Under the pieces are notes generated by a model. The model was not told the DNA's origin. It was given only the letters and a program-made list of their open reading frames with translations, and did no database searches. 64,000 nt of DNA, from assembly GCA_945861875.1 (NCBI GenBank), contig CAMAWC010000001.1, forward strand, positions 41,805 through 105,804. Direction: 5' to 3'. Shown one piece after another: positions 20,653 through 33,352 of this stretch. The DNA comes from Bordetella parapertussis (GTDB taxonomy: Bacteria; Pseudomonadota; Gammaproteobacteria; Burkholderiales; SG8-39). The position numbers and the translations under genes were made by a program. Within the stretch, counting starts at the first letter, position 1; each line of letters begins with the position of its first letter.

Positions 20653-21165
20653 CTAGCGGCGCGCCCGGGGATGGCCCCACTGCAATGCGTCAATGCCCTC
20701 TTTAGGGTCGCGGATTATGGTTCCACCGGGACAGAAATAGTCGCTCGCAAGGGTGATGTATTGCGGAATCCTTCCGGCAGCATCAAACAAGGTCCACGCA
20801 TTGCTGCGCGCTTTTGACCAGGATTGGTCGGGACGCCCAAAAGCATAGGTGCGGCGCTCGCGCGTGCTGCAGCGAATGCCCTCGTAGGTCACGTTCTCAC
20901 CCCCGCCCGCCCCCTTCGCCACAAGGGTAAATCGCACGACACCATCTTTGGCGACACTGAGCGAATCCGCGTCGACAAAAAATTCAAAATTGGAAGCTGT
21001 GACCTTGAAAGGGATCAACTTCCCGGACTTGGGGTAAGGCGGAATTTCTGCCGTTATTTCCGTCCAGCCCTTGGTTTCATAGTCTTCTTCGAAGCGCAGG
21101 GGGGGGGCCGGCTGGGCTTGCGCGATCCCGCCCCACAATGCAAGCATCGCAACGAACCAACGCAT
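20653..21165 (-). CDS. CNP1-like periplasmic protein
   Basis: The start is placed at ATG 21165, giving a signal peptide (MRWFVAMLALWGGIAQA). The conserved block DADSLSVAKDGVVRFTLV...NVTYEGIRCSTRE..YAFG...DYFC matches the CNP1-like family from memory. It starts 4 nt after the DUF3501 stop. Confidence 0.7.
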   Translation of the reverse strand: MRWFVAMLALWGGIAQAQPAPPLRFEEDYETKGWTEITAEIPPYPKSGKLIPFKVTASNFEFFVDADSLSVAKDGVVRFTLVAKGAGGGENVTYEGIRCSTRERRTYAFGRPDQSWSKARSNAWTLFDAAGRIPQYITLASDYFCPGGTIIRDPKEGIDALQWGHPRARR

Positions 21166-21169
21166 GCCC

Positions 21170-21763
21170 TTAGGCCAGATCCTGCACCAGCGAAGCACGA
21201 ATATGCTCTGGCACCGCATCAACAAGGGCCTGATAGCGGGGATGGTCAATACCCATTGCAATGGCCACCCCGTATTTGAGCGCCTGTACCATTTCCTCGG
21301 TCAATTCAAAGCGCAGAAAATGCACCGACGACGTTTTCTCGTCATTTTCACGGTCGAGATCTTCATCGGCAATCGCAAAAACCCGTTCGCAACCTTCCAC
21401 CTGCACCCAGACTCGATCCTCGATGCCGATCAGTTTCGCCAACGCTTCCGCACGTTCAACCGGATCGGGGTACTCGACCATCATGGTTGCCTTGAAGTTA
21501 CGCCCATCCGGAATGAGCGGCGTATAGGCCTGCAGTTCGTCGGCAATGCCCTCTTCTTCAAAAATCCGCTCGACCCTGAGCATCTCCTGGATCTGGTAGC
21601 GAATTGTCAGCTCGTCCTCGAAAATCAGCGTCACGTGGCCACCCAGGGCAACCTTGCGATTTTTCTTGTGCGCCAGCACCTTGGCGCGAAACGCCTTGCG
21701 CTCGCGCGAGTAGGCCTCTAGCGTAAGCAGGCTGGAGCGTTCAATCTTGGGCATGGTCATCAT
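21170..21763 (-). CDS. DUF3501 family protein
   Basis: ...PKIERSSLLTLEAYSRERKAFRAKVLAHKKNRKVALGGHVTLIFEDELTIRYQIQEMLRVERIF... matches DUF3501 from memory. The start is ambiguous (ATGs at 21778, 21763, 21760, 21754). Confidence 0.7.
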   Translation of the reverse strand: MMTMPKIERSSLLTLEAYSRERKAFRAKVLAHKKNRKVALGGHVTLIFEDELTIRYQIQEMLRVERIFEEEGIADELQAYTPLIPDGRNFKATMMVEYPDPVERAEALAKLIGIEDRVWVQVEGCERVFAIADEDLDRENDEKTSSVHFLRFELTEEMVQALKYGVAIAMGIDHPRYQALVDAVPEHIRASLVQDLA

Positions 21764-21767
21764 CTCT

Positions 21768-23096
21768 TCAAAGTCCATAGGCAATGCGAATGAGGGAAAG
21801 CGGATGTTCCTTTTGCGCGCGGGTTTCCCCCATCCCCTGCTCAATGTGGCGCGCCGCAATTGCGCAATCCGAACTAATGTAATCAGGATCGGGCGCGGCC
21901 ATTGCCTTGAATACCGGGCGCCCTATTTTCATCGAATTGTCGAAATATTCCGTCTTCACCCCCCAGGTGCCGTCGTGACCTGAACAGCGCTCGACGGTGG
22001 TGATTTGCGTCCCCGGCACCAGTTGCAGCATTTCACGCGTCTTTTGACCGACATTCTGGACACGGGAATGACAGGGAATGTGATACGACACCTTGCCCAG
22101 CGGTGTCTTGAAGTCTGTCTTGAGCAAGCCATCCCGGTTGCGCAGGACCATGTATTCAAACGGGTCAAACATCGCCTGCGATACCGCCTTGACGTCGGCG
22201 TCCCCGGGGAAAAGCAGGGGCAGTTCGGATTTAAACATCAGCGTGCAGGAGGGTACGGCAGTAAGAATTGCGTACCCTTGCCTGGCAAGCGCCGCTAGCG
22301 GCGGAATATTAACCGCCTTGAGCCGCCCTACCGCATCCAGATCACCGAGCTCGAGCTTGGGCATGCCGCAACAGGCTTCCTTTTCCACCAGCACGAAGGG
22401 AATTTCATTGTGTTCGAGCACCTTGAGCAAGTCGTGCCCGATTCCCGGCTCGTTGAAGTTCACATAGCAGGTGGCATAGATCGCCACTTTACCCGGGGTA
22501 TTCTTGCCATCGCGCACCTGATGGTCGCTGCTCTTGCCTGCCGTTGCGCGAAACCGCGTCGGGCTGTACTCGGGCAACTTCCTGTCCTTGTGGACGCCAA
22601 GGGCGCCATCCATAAGCGCGCGCGCCGTATGGTTGCGGTTCACCGCATTGACCGTCTGCGCCACCACCGGTATGGCGGCGAGTTTGCCAATGGCATCGGT
22701 CGATGAGAGCAGCTTGTCCCTGAAGCTTACCTCGCCCTTCTTGAACTTGATCGCCTTGCCGCGAAGCATCAGGTGCGGAAAATCGACGTTCCATTCATGC
22801 GGGGGAACGTAGGGACATTTGGTCATGTAACAAAGATCGCAGAGGTAACACTGGTCCACAACCTTCCAGTAGTCTTTTTTCTCCACTCCGTCCATCTCCC
22901 CGGTCTTGCCCTCGTCGATCAGGTCGAACAGGGTGGGGAAAGAAGTGCAAAGACTCACACAACGACGGCAGCCGTGACAAATGTCGTAGACGCGATGCAG
23001 CTCGTCTAAAAGCTTTTCCTCGTTGTAAAAATCGGGGGAATTCCAGTCGATCGGGTGCCTTGTCGGCGCCTCGAGACTGCCTTCACGTGAGGCCAT
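21768..23096 (-). CDS. HdrD/GlpC-like iron-sulfur protein (two 4Fe-4S ferredoxin motifs plus two CCG cysteine-rich domains)
   Basis: Ferredoxin motifs CHGCRRCVSLC and CYLCDLCYMTKCP. CCG-type motifs: ATCYVN...ACCGMP and a variant second copy IPCH...RCSGHDG. Confidence 0.8.
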   Translation of the reverse strand: MASREGSLEAPTRHPIDWNSPDFYNEEKLLDELHRVYDICHGCRRCVSLCTSFPTLFDLIDEGKTGEMDGVEKKDYWKVVDQCYLCDLCYMTKCPYVPPHEWNVDFPHLMLRGKAIKFKKGEVSFRDKLLSSTDAIGKLAAIPVVAQTVNAVNRNHTARALMDGALGVHKDRKLPEYSPTRFRATAGKSSDHQVRDGKNTPGKVAIYATCYVNFNEPGIGHDLLKVLEHNEIPFVLVEKEACCGMPKLELGDLDAVGRLKAVNIPPLAALARQGYAILTAVPSCTLMFKSELPLLFPGDADVKAVSQAMFDPFEYMVLRNRDGLLKTDFKTPLGKVSYHIPCHSRVQNVGQKTREMLQLVPGTQITTVERCSGHDGTWGVKTEYFDNSMKIGRPVFKAMAAPDPDYISSDCAIAARHIEQGMGETRAQKEHPLSLIRIAYGL

Positions 23097-23124
23097 CGGA
23101 TCAATTCCTGATAAAAGGGAACGC

Positions 23125-23170
23125 TTCGCAGGTTGAATCGCATTGAAACAATGCTCTCAACCCGCGAAGT
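23125..23170 (-). other. Intercistronic three-segment hairpin between rubrerythrin and the Fe-S gene
   Basis: CTTCGC-a-GGTTGA-atc-GCATTG-aaa-CAATGC-tc-TCAACC-c-GCGAAG gives 18 paired positions. On the minus strand it is followed by CGTTCCCTTTTATC. It may be a partial terminator or an RNA-stabilising element. Confidence 0.4.
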
Positions 23171-23199
23171 CAGTGCACTACTTGCACCAATCGCTTACC

Positions 23200-23619
23200 T
23201 CAATCGACCAGCGCGTCGAGGGCTTTCTGGAAACGGTTGGCATGGGACCGTTCGGCCTTGGCCAGGGTCTCAAACCAGTCGCCAATTTCATCGAACCCTT
23301 CCTGGCGCGCGGTTTTGGCCATGCCCGGGTACATGTCAGTGTACTCGTGCGTTTCGCCGGCAATTGCCGCCTTGAGGTTGTTGCGCGAACTGCCAATGGG
23401 CAGGTCTGTCGCCGGGTCGCCGCAACTTTCCAGATACTCAAGATGCCCGTGGGCATGGCCTGTTTCGCCCTCAGCCGTGGAACGGAACACCGCCGCGACA
23501 TCATTCTGGCCTTCCACATCAGCCTTGGCTGCGAAGTACAAGTAGCGGCGGTTTGCCTGCGATTCCCCGGCAAACGCTGCTTTCAGGCTTTCCTGGGTTT
23601 TTGATCCTTTGAGTTGCAT
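23200..23619 (-). CDS. Rubrerythrin-family di-iron protein (ferritin-like domain only, no rubredoxin domain)
   Basis: 139-aa ORF with AAGGAG RBS and di-iron ligand motifs ([36 protein letters not shown]). Confidence 0.9.
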   Translation of the reverse strand: MQLKGSKTQESLKAAFAGESQANRRYLYFAAKADVEGQNDVAAVFRSTAEGETGHAHGHLEYLESCGDPATDLPIGSSRNNLKAAIAGETHEYTDMYPGMAKTARQEGFDEIGDWFETLAKAERSHANRFQKALDALVD

Positions 23620-23648
23620 TGCAGTCTCCTTCGGTTGATGAAATTTTC

Positions 23649-23673
23649 ATGATTTAGACTTAATCTAAATCAT
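23649..23673. promoter_or_regulatory. Perfect 10-bp inverted repeat ATGATTTAGA-cttaa-TCTAAATCAT, candidate operator of the rubrerythrin operon
   Basis: Located 30-54 nt upstream of the rubrerythrin ATG. The arm that is upstream in the direction of transcription (23664-23673) contains the best -10 candidate (TAGATT, minus strand), with TTCAAT 17 nt upstream. Confidence 0.45.
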
Positions 23674-23788
23674 TGGAAGAGTATATTGAACCGGGTTTCC
23701 GGCTGTCAAGACATACCTTGTAATCCGGTCGAGACCGCCATCTGGCCGCGTCCGTCGTACCGGCACTGGGCCCGCGCTACCCGGTGCG

Positions 23789-24313
23789 CTAACTTCCGTC
23801 GGCAACCCGAGGAGGGTCCCGCTTGGCGGGACGCACGTCCTCACGCCCCAGATAGCGCGCCAGTTCCGACAACGCCTGTTGATAAACATCGCGCTTGAAT
23901 TCAATCACCGCGTCCGAGGGAATCCAGTATTCATGCCAGCGCCAGGCATCGAATTCCGGCTTCTCACAGGCGCGCAAGGACACATCGCTGTCGCGCCCGA
24001 CCAGCCGCAGCAAGAACCATATTTGTTTCTGGCCACGGTATGAACCGCGCCATTCCCGGCGCACCCAATGTGACGGCACTTCGTAACGCAACCAGTTGCG
24101 GGTTCGTCCAAGGATCCTGACATGATCGGGCATCAATCCGACCTCTTCATGCAGTTCGCGGTACATCGCCTGCTCCGGCGTTTCGCCATGCTTGATTCCG
24201 CCCTGCGGAAACTGCCAGGAGTGTTCGCGAACCCTTTTACCCCAGAAAACCTCGTTCCTCGCGTTACAAATAATGATGCCGACGTTAGGGCGGTAGCCTT
24301 CACGGTCAAGCAT
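23789..24313 (-). CDS. rppH: RNA pyrophosphohydrolase
   Basis: [15 protein letters not shown].. with Nudix box [23 protein letters not shown]. The start is placed at ATG 24313. Confidence 0.9.
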   Translation of the reverse strand: MLDREGYRPNVGIIICNARNEVFWGKRVREHSWQFPQGGIKHGETPEQAMYRELHEEVGLMPDHVRILGRTRNWLRYEVPSHWVRREWRGSYRGQKQIWFLLRLVGRDSDVSLRACEKPEFDAWRWHEYWIPSDAVIEFKRDVYQQALSELARYLGREDVRPAKRDPPRVADGS

Positions 24314-24440
24314 GTCAATTCCTGCAAAAAGTCTTTGCCTGATTCTTCCACAATTCAGGCCGTATTGAAAGAACGGCGGGAACCGTGCCACCCATCGCAG
24401 TTAAAGTAAAATTGCGGCTTTACCGCCCAGATACCCTCCC

Positions 24441-26162
24441 ATGCGCGTTTCGCAGTTTTTTCTCTCCACGCTTAAAGAAGCGCCCTCAGACGCCGAACTC
24501 ATCAGCCACCAACTCATGGTGCGCGCGGGACTGATTCGCCGACTTGCCGGCGGCATCTATACCCAAATGCCCATGGGGCTTCGGGTGGTGCGCAAAGTCG
24601 AAGCCATTGTGCGCGAGGAAATGAACCGGGCTGGCGCGATTGAACTGGCCATGCCGGTGGTCCAACCGGCGGAACTGTGGCAGGAATCCGGGCGCTGGCA
24701 AGCCTACGGGCCCGAGTTGTTGCGCTTCAAGGACCGTCACGACCGGGCCTTTGTCATCCAGCCGACCTCGGAAGAAGTCATCACCGACATCGCCCGCAAT
24801 GAACTGAAGAGTTACCGCCAGCTGCCGGTGAATTTCTACCAGATACAAACAAAATTTCGCGATGAGCGCCGACCGCGCTTTGGCGTCATGCGCGGGAGGG
24901 AGTTCGTCATGAAGGATGGCTACTCGTTTCACGCGAGCTACGGCGACCTGCAACGCGAATATGACAGCATGTTTGATGCCTATACGCGCATTTTTTCACG
25001 TCTGGGGCTGCAGTTCCGTGCTGTAGCTGCCGACACCGGATCGATCGGAGGCACCGGATCCCATGAGTTCCACGTATTGGCCGACTCCGGCGAGGACGCG
25101 ATCGCGTATTGCCCGGAATCCGACTACGCCGCCAACGTCGAACTGGCCGAGGCACTCGCCCCCTCAGGCGTGCGCGCGCCGGGCTCCGCCAAGATGACCA
25201 AAGTTCCGACGCCGGGGAAGAAGACCTGCGAGGACGTGACTGCGCTGCTTGGAATGCCGCTTAACCGTTCGGTGAAGGCGATTGCCCTGGTACGGCAGGA
25301 AGAAGGATTGGAGACCATACAGTTCCACCTGCTGCTGCTGCGCGGCGACCACAACCTGAACGAAGTGAAGGCTGCCAAGATTCCGGGCCTCGCCCCGTTT
25401 CGCTTCGCCACAGAGGCGGAAATACGCGAGCATATGGGCTGCGAACCCGGCTACATCGGCCCGGTCGGCGCGGGAAAATCGGTCAAGGTAATCGCCGACC
25501 GCACCGTTGCCGCGATGAGCGATTTTGTCTGCGGTGCAAACGAGGCGGACTACCATTTACGCGACACCAACTGGAGCCGCGACCTTCCCGAACCCGCGCT
25601 GGTTGCCGACATCCGCGATGTTGTCGCCGGCGATCCGTCCCCCGACGGCAACGGCACGCTTGAGTTGTGCCGCGGCATTGAAGTGGGCCACATTTTCCAG
25701 TTGCGCACGAAATATTCCGAAGCGCTTAAGTGCAATTTTCTCGACGAAACCGGAAAGCAGCGTCCTGCCGAAATGGGCTGTTACGGCATAGGCATCACCC
25801 GCATCGTCGCCGCCGCAATTGAGCAGGGTCATGATGATCGCGGGATCATCTTCCCGGATTCGATAGCACCTTTTCAGGTCGCGGTCGTGCCCATCGGCTA
25901 CAAGAAAAGCGCGGCGATACGCGAGGCCTGCGACAAACTCCACGACGATTTGTGCGCCGCCGGCCTTGAAGTATTGCTAGATGACCGCGACGAGAGGCCC
26001 GGAGTGATGTTCGCAGACATGGAGTTGATCGGCATCCCGCATCGCGTCACGATCGGCGAACGCGGTCTCAAGGAGGGCAAGCTTGAGTATCAGCACCGTC
26101 GCGACCGTTCGGCAACCGCGCTTACCGCCGCAGAAATTTTGGACAGGCTAAAACCCGGTTGA
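24441..26162 (+). CDS. proS: Prolyl-tRNA synthetase
   Basis: 573-aa ORF with full-length bacterial-type ProRS, including the insertion (editing) domain. Confidence 0.95.
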   Translation: MRVSQFFLSTLKEAPSDAELISHQLMVRAGLIRRLAGGIYTQMPMGLRVVRKVEAIVREEMNRAGAIELAMPVVQPAELWQESGRWQAYGPELLRFKDRHDRAFVIQPTSEEVITDIARNELKSYRQLPVNFYQIQTKFRDERRPRFGVMRGREFVMKDGYSFHASYGDLQREYDSMFDAYTRIFSRLGLQFRAVAADTGSIGGTGSHEFHVLADSGEDAIAYCPESDYAANVELAEALAPSGVRAPGSAKMTKVPTPGKKTCEDVTALLGMPLNRSVKAIALVRQEEGLETIQFHLLLLRGDHNLNEVKAAKIPGLAPFRFATEAEIREHMGCEPGYIGPVGAGKSVKVIADRTVAAMSDFVCGANEADYHLRDTNWSRDLPEPALVADIRDVVAGDPSPDGNGTLELCRGIEVGHIFQLRTKYSEALKCNFLDETGKQRPAEMGCYGIGITRIVAAAIEQGHDDRGIIFPDSIAPFQVAVVPIGYKKSAAIREACDKLHDDLCAAGLEVLLDDRDERPGVMFADMELIGIPHRVTIGERGLKEGKLEYQHRRDRSATALTAAEILDRLKPG

Positions 26163-26764
26163 TGCCACGCCTGCTCCTTGCCTTGACGTTGGCCCTGGGT
26201 TGGTTGCCGCTTGCAGCGCTAGCCGGCGCCCAACAATACGAGCGGCTCGCCGCAAGCGTGCAAGCGGCGATGTCAGCCGATATCGCCGACCGCGCACCGG
26301 TTTCCCTGCAATTTGAACGATCGGAGGACGGCCGAAAATGGCTTGCCGACATGTCGGTGCGGTTGCTGCGCCGCATTCCGGACCGCAAGACGCGCACGGA
26401 CTTTCTTGCCGCCGTGCACTACGAAGCGCGTCGTGCCGGCCTTGATCCACAGATGGTGCTCGGATTAATACAGGTCGAGAGTGGTTTCAAAAAATACGCC
26501 GTATCGAGCGCCGGGGCACGCGGCTTCATGCAGGTAATGCCCTTCTGGGTTGGAATTATCGGCAAGAAAAACGACAACCTTTTCAGCCTGCGCCTTAATC
26601 TTCGTTACGGTTGTGTCATCCTGCGGCACTACTTGGATATCGAAAAAGGCGACTACTATCGCGCCCTCGGCCGTTACAACGGCAGCCTCGGGCGCCCGGA
26701 GTACCCAAACGCGGTGCAGGCGGCCTGGAAGACGAACTGGCGTTACGACGGCAAGTTAAGCTGA
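26159..26764 (+). CDS. Lytic transglycosylase (SLT domain), secreted
   Basis: Signal peptide plus [30 protein letters not shown]. 4-nt overlap with proS. Confidence 0.8.
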   Translation: MMPRLLLALTLALGWLPLAALAGAQQYERLAASVQAAMSADIADRAPVSLQFERSEDGRKWLADMSVRLLRRIPDRKTRTDFLAAVHYEARRAGLDPQMVLGLIQVESGFKKYAVSSAGARGFMQVMPFWVGIIGKKNDNLFSLRLNLRYGCVILRHYLDIEKGDYYRALGRYNGSLGRPEYPNAVQAAWKTNWRYDGKLS

Positions 26765-26775
26765 CCGCAGTCGAC

Positions 26776-27507
26776 TCACGTCTTGAAGATGCCGGCGATG
26801 GTTGTCTGAATCGCTTCTGCCGCGGCGCGAGGGTCGACGGCCTGGCGGATCGGCCGGCCAACCACGATATAGTCGGCGCCATTGGCAAAGGCCTGTGCCA
26901 CATCGACCGTGCGTTTTTGGTCGTCCGCCGGCCGGTTCTCCACCGGTCGAATCCCCGGTGTCACCACCATCACCCTTTCGCCCAGTTCCCCCTTGAGCGC
27001 CGGTGCCTCAAGCCCGGACGATATTACGCCGTCACACCCGGCCGCAAGGCAGCGTCGTGCCCGCGACAACACAAGTTGCTGCACATCGCAGGCAAAACCG
27101 AGGTCATCAAGGTCAGCGCGATCGAGGCTGGTAAGTACCGTCACTGCGAGAATCTTGACATCCCCCTTCTCGGCACCCGCCGCCTCCATTACCGCCTGGT
27201 TGCCATGGACTGTCGCAAAAGTGACACCGCGGTGTCGTAATCCCCGCACTGCCGCCCGAACAGTCTCCGGCACGTCAAAGAATTTAAGGTCGACGAAAAC
27301 TTTCTTTTTGCGGGCGACAAGCCAGTCAATCAGCTCAAAGTAGCCACCGGCCATAAACAGCTCAAGTCCAACTTTGTAGAACTCCACGGAGTCACCCAGA
27401 AGTTCGACAAACGCCCTGGCCTCCTCTGTACGCGGCAAGTCAAGGGCACAGATAAGGCGCTCGCGGCGGGGAATGGGTTTGCGGGAAACGAGTCCGTCTG
27501 GCATCAA
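26776..27507 (-). CDS. pyrF: Orotidine-5'-phosphate decarboxylase
   Basis: 243-aa ORF with motifs VDLKFFDVPETV, ATVHG and ILAVTVLTS. Confidence 0.9.
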   Translation of the reverse strand: MMPDGLVSRKPIPRRERLICALDLPRTEEARAFVELLGDSVEFYKVGLELFMAGGYFELIDWLVARKKKVFVDLKFFDVPETVRAAVRGLRHRGVTFATVHGNQAVMEAAGAEKGDVKILAVTVLTSLDRADLDDLGFACDVQQLVLSRARRCLAAGCDGVISSGLEAPALKGELGERVMVVTPGIRPVENRPADDQKRTVDVAQAFANGADYIVVGRPIRQAVDPRAAAEAIQTTIAGIFKT

Positions 27508-27639
27508 AGGTCCTTTCGAACAGGGGCATAAAATGCCGCGAGACTGCGGCTCGGAACCGCAGTAGCAAAGACAGATTAACCGACTGATTTAATGTGTTTT
27601 TTTAAAAACAGGGAATATGTCACGGTCATAAATATACGA

Positions 27640-27655
27640 TGGCACGGGAGTTGCG
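27640..27655 (+). promoter_or_regulatory. Sigma54 (RpoN) -24/-12 promoter, TGGCACgggagTTGCg
   Basis: Matches the TGGCAC-N5-TTGC consensus at every conserved position with correct GG/GC spacing. Located 55 nt upstream of the ATG at 27711 in the pyrF-divergent intergenic region. Confidence 0.6.
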
Positions 27656-27710
27656 ACATTCCACAATAGCAAAACCATCTACCATACAGACACCGTCATT
27701 TTAGCCGAAC

Positions 27711-29222
27711 ATGCCGCCGCTCCTCACGCTTCCCGCCATCGCCTCCCATCCGAGCCGGCGCTTTGCGCTTTCGGTCGCCGAAACCCAGGATTGGCTGGCC
27801 TCGCTGCCGGCGAACAATGCCGTTGAGACGGGTCGCTGCATAGCAGAACAGGTGACCGCACTCAATCGCAGCCGCACCCCACTGCGCGAACGGCTGGTGC
27901 TTACCGCGCTTTTGCGGGATGCAACCGAACAACTGCTTCCCGATCTGGATGCGCAGATCGCCGGCGCACATGTCCCGCTGCAACCCAAAACACGCGCAGT
28001 CGCGCGGTTGATCGATGATCTGCTAAGCGAATTTGCCTACGCTTACAAACTCGCAGTAAGCGAACTTGCCCAGCGCTGGTTTCGCTTCGGGATGGCACGG
28101 CGACTGCACCTGCCGGTAACGCGCGCACTGCAGATGCTGGCGCGCCGGCTGATTCTTGCCCATCGCATTTACGCCCCGGCACCACCGATGGTCTGGCTGG
28201 AAATGCACCAGCTGTTTGGCATCGCACGCCAACATCACATTGGAAAACTCCAGCTATCCGGCCCGCAGGACAGCCCGCTGGCAATTTACCGCGAGGCCCT
28301 CACACTTTCCTTCGCCGGGCCGCACAAGCTGATGCAGGGCGAACTTGATGTTGTATTGAAGTTCATCTCGGACAACGCCGAGCTGGCGACCTTCATCGAC
28401 GCAGTTCCGCAGGATCCCGTGGACGGACTTTTCCTGATACAGCCCGGACGGGATGCGCCAGGCACGGCATGGGGCAAACGCAACACCCCTAAGCACGCTG
28501 GCAAGATTAACGCCGGCGAGTTAGTGCTCAATACTTCGCGTCTCGCCGATCACGCCTCGGGACGGGCAGAATTTGAACAACCGGCAGGCGCGCACGATGC
28601 CGGTGAAGCCAGACTTGCGCCGACAGGCCTGATGCGCCGGCTGGAGCGCTACTGGACGGGCTCTGCCAATCGCCAATACAGCCGATTACGCCGCCAGACT
28701 CGCGTAGACATCTGCGTCGGGTTGCATGGCATCTGGCGTTTCTTGAGCCAGAGTGGTCCCGATGGTGGAATACAGACCAGCGAGTGGATGGTAAACAACG
28801 AAAGCCCGGGTGGTTTCGCCCTGATGCATGTCAGCGGGCCGGTCGAATCCGTACAAGTGGGGGAATTACTGGGGGTGCGCAGCCGCGACAGCGATCGCGT
28901 GCACATATGCGTCGTACGCTGGGTGCTCTCCGAGAGCCCGGAGCACGTGGAATTGGGGCTCGAGGAACTTGCGCCCAACGCCAAACCGGTTTCCATCGCG
29001 AAACTTGCGAGCTCCGGGCGTTACGAAGCCGACACCAAGCCGGGGCTGCTGTTGCCGGAAATCCCGGCGTTAAGGCGTGCCGCGGCAATCCTTGCACTTC
29101 CCGGCAGCCTGGCTTCGGCGAGTGAATTCCACCTCGCCGAGCCCGATCAGCGCGTACGCACAACACAACTTCTGGAACAGACTCTGTCACTGGAGCTGTA
29201 CCGTTTCAGTACAGTGAACTGA
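27711..29222 (+). CDS. Large uncharacterised protein with C-terminal PilZ (c-di-GMP-binding) domain
   Basis: 503-aa ORF. It has RRQTR (aa 327-331, RxxxR) followed 31 residues later by NESPGG (aa 363-368, D/NxSxxG), then a beta-rich segment. The N-terminal ~310 aa are helical with no family I can name. Confidence 0.6.
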   Translation: MPPLLTLPAIASHPSRRFALSVAETQDWLASLPANNAVETGRCIAEQVTALNRSRTPLRERLVLTALLRDATEQLLPDLDAQIAGAHVPLQPKTRAVARLIDDLLSEFAYAYKLAVSELAQRWFRFGMARRLHLPVTRALQMLARRLILAHRIYAPAPPMVWLEMHQLFGIARQHHIGKLQLSGPQDSPLAIYREALTLSFAGPHKLMQGELDVVLKFISDNAELATFIDAVPQDPVDGLFLIQPGRDAPGTAWGKRNTPKHAGKINAGELVLNTSRLADHASGRAEFEQPAGAHDAGEARLAPTGLMRRLERYWTGSANRQYSRLRRQTRVDICVGLHGIWRFLSQSGPDGGIQTSEWMVNNESPGGFALMHVSGPVESVQVGELLGVRSRDSDRVHICVVRWVLSESPEHVELGLEELAPNAKPVSIAKLASSGRYEADTKPGLLLPEIPALRRAAAILALPGSLASASEFHLAEPDQRVRTTQLLEQTLSLELYRFSTVN

Positions 29223-29229
29223 GTTTAAG

Positions 29230-31503
<2,274 letters not shown>

Positions 31504-31543
31504 GGGCCGATGCAATTGCCATTTCCCGCAGCCGCATCGGCCC
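31504..31543. terminator. 10-bp perfect stem hairpin between convergent DUF2069 and leuA genes
   Basis: GGGCCGATGC ... GCATCGGCCC with a 20-nt loop. There is no clear U-run on either side, so its terminator function is uncertain. Confidence 0.35.
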
Positions 31544-31604
31544 GAAATCCGCGACTGGCGCGGGTTTCATGAAACACATGCTGGAGAATTTTCCGGTTTA
31601 TCCG

Positions 31605-33161
31605 TCAGATTGACTCCGATGTCTGAGGATTGACACGCTCCGACTTGTTCTCGACCTTGTTCAGTGCCGCAATATAGGCCTTTGCCGAAGCCACCACGAT
31701 GTCGGTATCGGCTCCGACACCGTTGACGATGCGGCCGGCACGCGACAGGCGTACCGTCACCTCGCCCTGCGACTCGGTCCCCTGGGTAACCGCATTGACC
31801 GAGTAAAGCAGTAGTTCGGCACCGCTCTTGGCCAGTGACTCTATCGCCTTGAACACCGCATCCACCGGTCCATCGCCCTCGGAATCGGCACGCCGCTCGA
31901 CACCACCCTCATTTACCACGACGCTGGCATGCGGACGCTCGCCCATCCCGCTCGCCTGCGTCATGTGCACCAGTTTCCAATGCTCGTTTTCGGCGGTCAC
32001 CGACTCATCGGACACCAGCGCCTGGATGTCCTCGTCGAAAATTTCCGATTTCTTGTCTGCAAGGTCCTTGAATCGCTGGAAGGCGGCGTTCACCATCTCC
32101 TCGGATTCGAGTTCGATGCCCAGCTCCCTGAGGCGTTGCTTGAAAGCATTGCGCCCCGACAACTTGCCAAGGACAATCTTGTTGGCCTTCCAGCCAACGT
32201 CCTCGGCCGTCATTATTTCGTAGGTATTGCGCGCCTTGAGCACCCCATCCTGGTGGATGCCGGAGGCATGGGCGAAGGCATTTGCCCCGACCACGGCCTT
32301 ATTCGGCTGCACGACAAATCCGGTGATCCCCGATACCAGGCGCGACACCGGAACAATCTGGGTGGTATCGATTCGCGTGTCCAAGTCGAAAAAGTCCTTT
32401 CGCGTCCTCACCGCCATTACCACCTCTTCAAGCGAGGTATTGCCGGCGCGCTCGCCGAGGCCGTTGATGGTGCACTCGATCTGACGGGCCCCGCCGATCG
32501 TCACCCCGGCCAGGGAATTGGCCACCGCCATGCCAAGGTCGTTATGGCAATGCACCGACCAAACCGCCTTGTCCGAGTTGGGAATGCGCCGGCGCAGGTC
32601 GCGGATGAATTCGCCAAACTGCTCCGGCACCGCATAACCGACGGTATCGGGTATGTTGATGGTTGTCGCACCTTCCGCAATCACGGCTTCCAATACACGG
32701 CAGAGGAAATCCGGATCCGAACGGCTGGCATCTTCGGGCGAAAACTCAATATCGCCGCAATGCTTGCGCGCAAAGCGCACCGCGAGCTTGGCCTGTTCGT
32801 AGACCTGGTCCGGGCTCATGCGCAGCTTTTTCTCCATATGCAGGGCGCTGGTGGCAAGAAAGGTGTGGATGCGCCAGGACTTGGCCAGCTTTAGCGCCTC
32901 GATGCCGCGACTGATGTCGCGATCGTTGGCGCGACAAAGTCCGGCGATGGTCGAGTCCTTGATCACGGCGGCGATGGCCTTCACCGCCTCGAAATCACCG
33001 TTGGAGGCGGCCGGGAAACCAGCTTCGATCACGTCGACACGCAGACGCTCAAGCTGCTTGGCAATGCGCAGCTTCTCCTCGCGGTTCATCGATGCGCCGG
33101 GGCTTTGCTCACCATCGCGCAATGTGGTGTCGAATATGATCAATCGCTGGGTCGTGCTCAT
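31605..33161 (-). CDS. leuA: 2-isopropylmalate synthase
   Basis: 518-aa ORF: [30 protein letters not shown] and a C-terminal LeuA regulatory domain. Confidence 0.95.
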   Translation of the reverse strand: MSTTQRLIIFDTTLRDGEQSPGASMNREEKLRIAKQLERLRVDVIEAGFPAASNGDFEAVKAIAAVIKDSTIAGLCRANDRDISRGIEALKLAKSWRIHTFLATSALHMEKKLRMSPDQVYEQAKLAVRFARKHCGDIEFSPEDASRSDPDFLCRVLEAVIAEGATTINIPDTVGYAVPEQFGEFIRDLRRRIPNSDKAVWSVHCHNDLGMAVANSLAGVTIGGARQIECTINGLGERAGNTSLEEVVMAVRTRKDFFDLDTRIDTTQIVPVSRLVSGITGFVVQPNKAVVGANAFAHASGIHQDGVLKARNTYEIMTAEDVGWKANKIVLGKLSGRNAFKQRLRELGIELESEEMVNAAFQRFKDLADKKSEIFDEDIQALVSDESVTAENEHWKLVHMTQASGMGERPHASVVVNEGGVERRADSEGDGPVDAVFKAIESLAKSGAELLLYSVNAVTQGTESQGEVTVRLSRAGRIVNGVGADTDIVVASAKAYIAALNKVENKSERVNPQTSESI

Positions 33162-33352
33162 GTGACTCTCCTGTAATGCTCCATGGAACGGGTACAGCTA
33201 CTCGGCAGCGCTTTCGCTCTGCGAACCGGGGACTGCCAAATTGGGGGGTAGGTTATGTGCGCGCGGGGCGCAGCAGCAGTGCGGACAGGGTGTCACCCAG
33301 CCGGCTGCTGTTGGGGGAGATCAGCGAGTTATAAGCGCTAAACATGCGGGCC

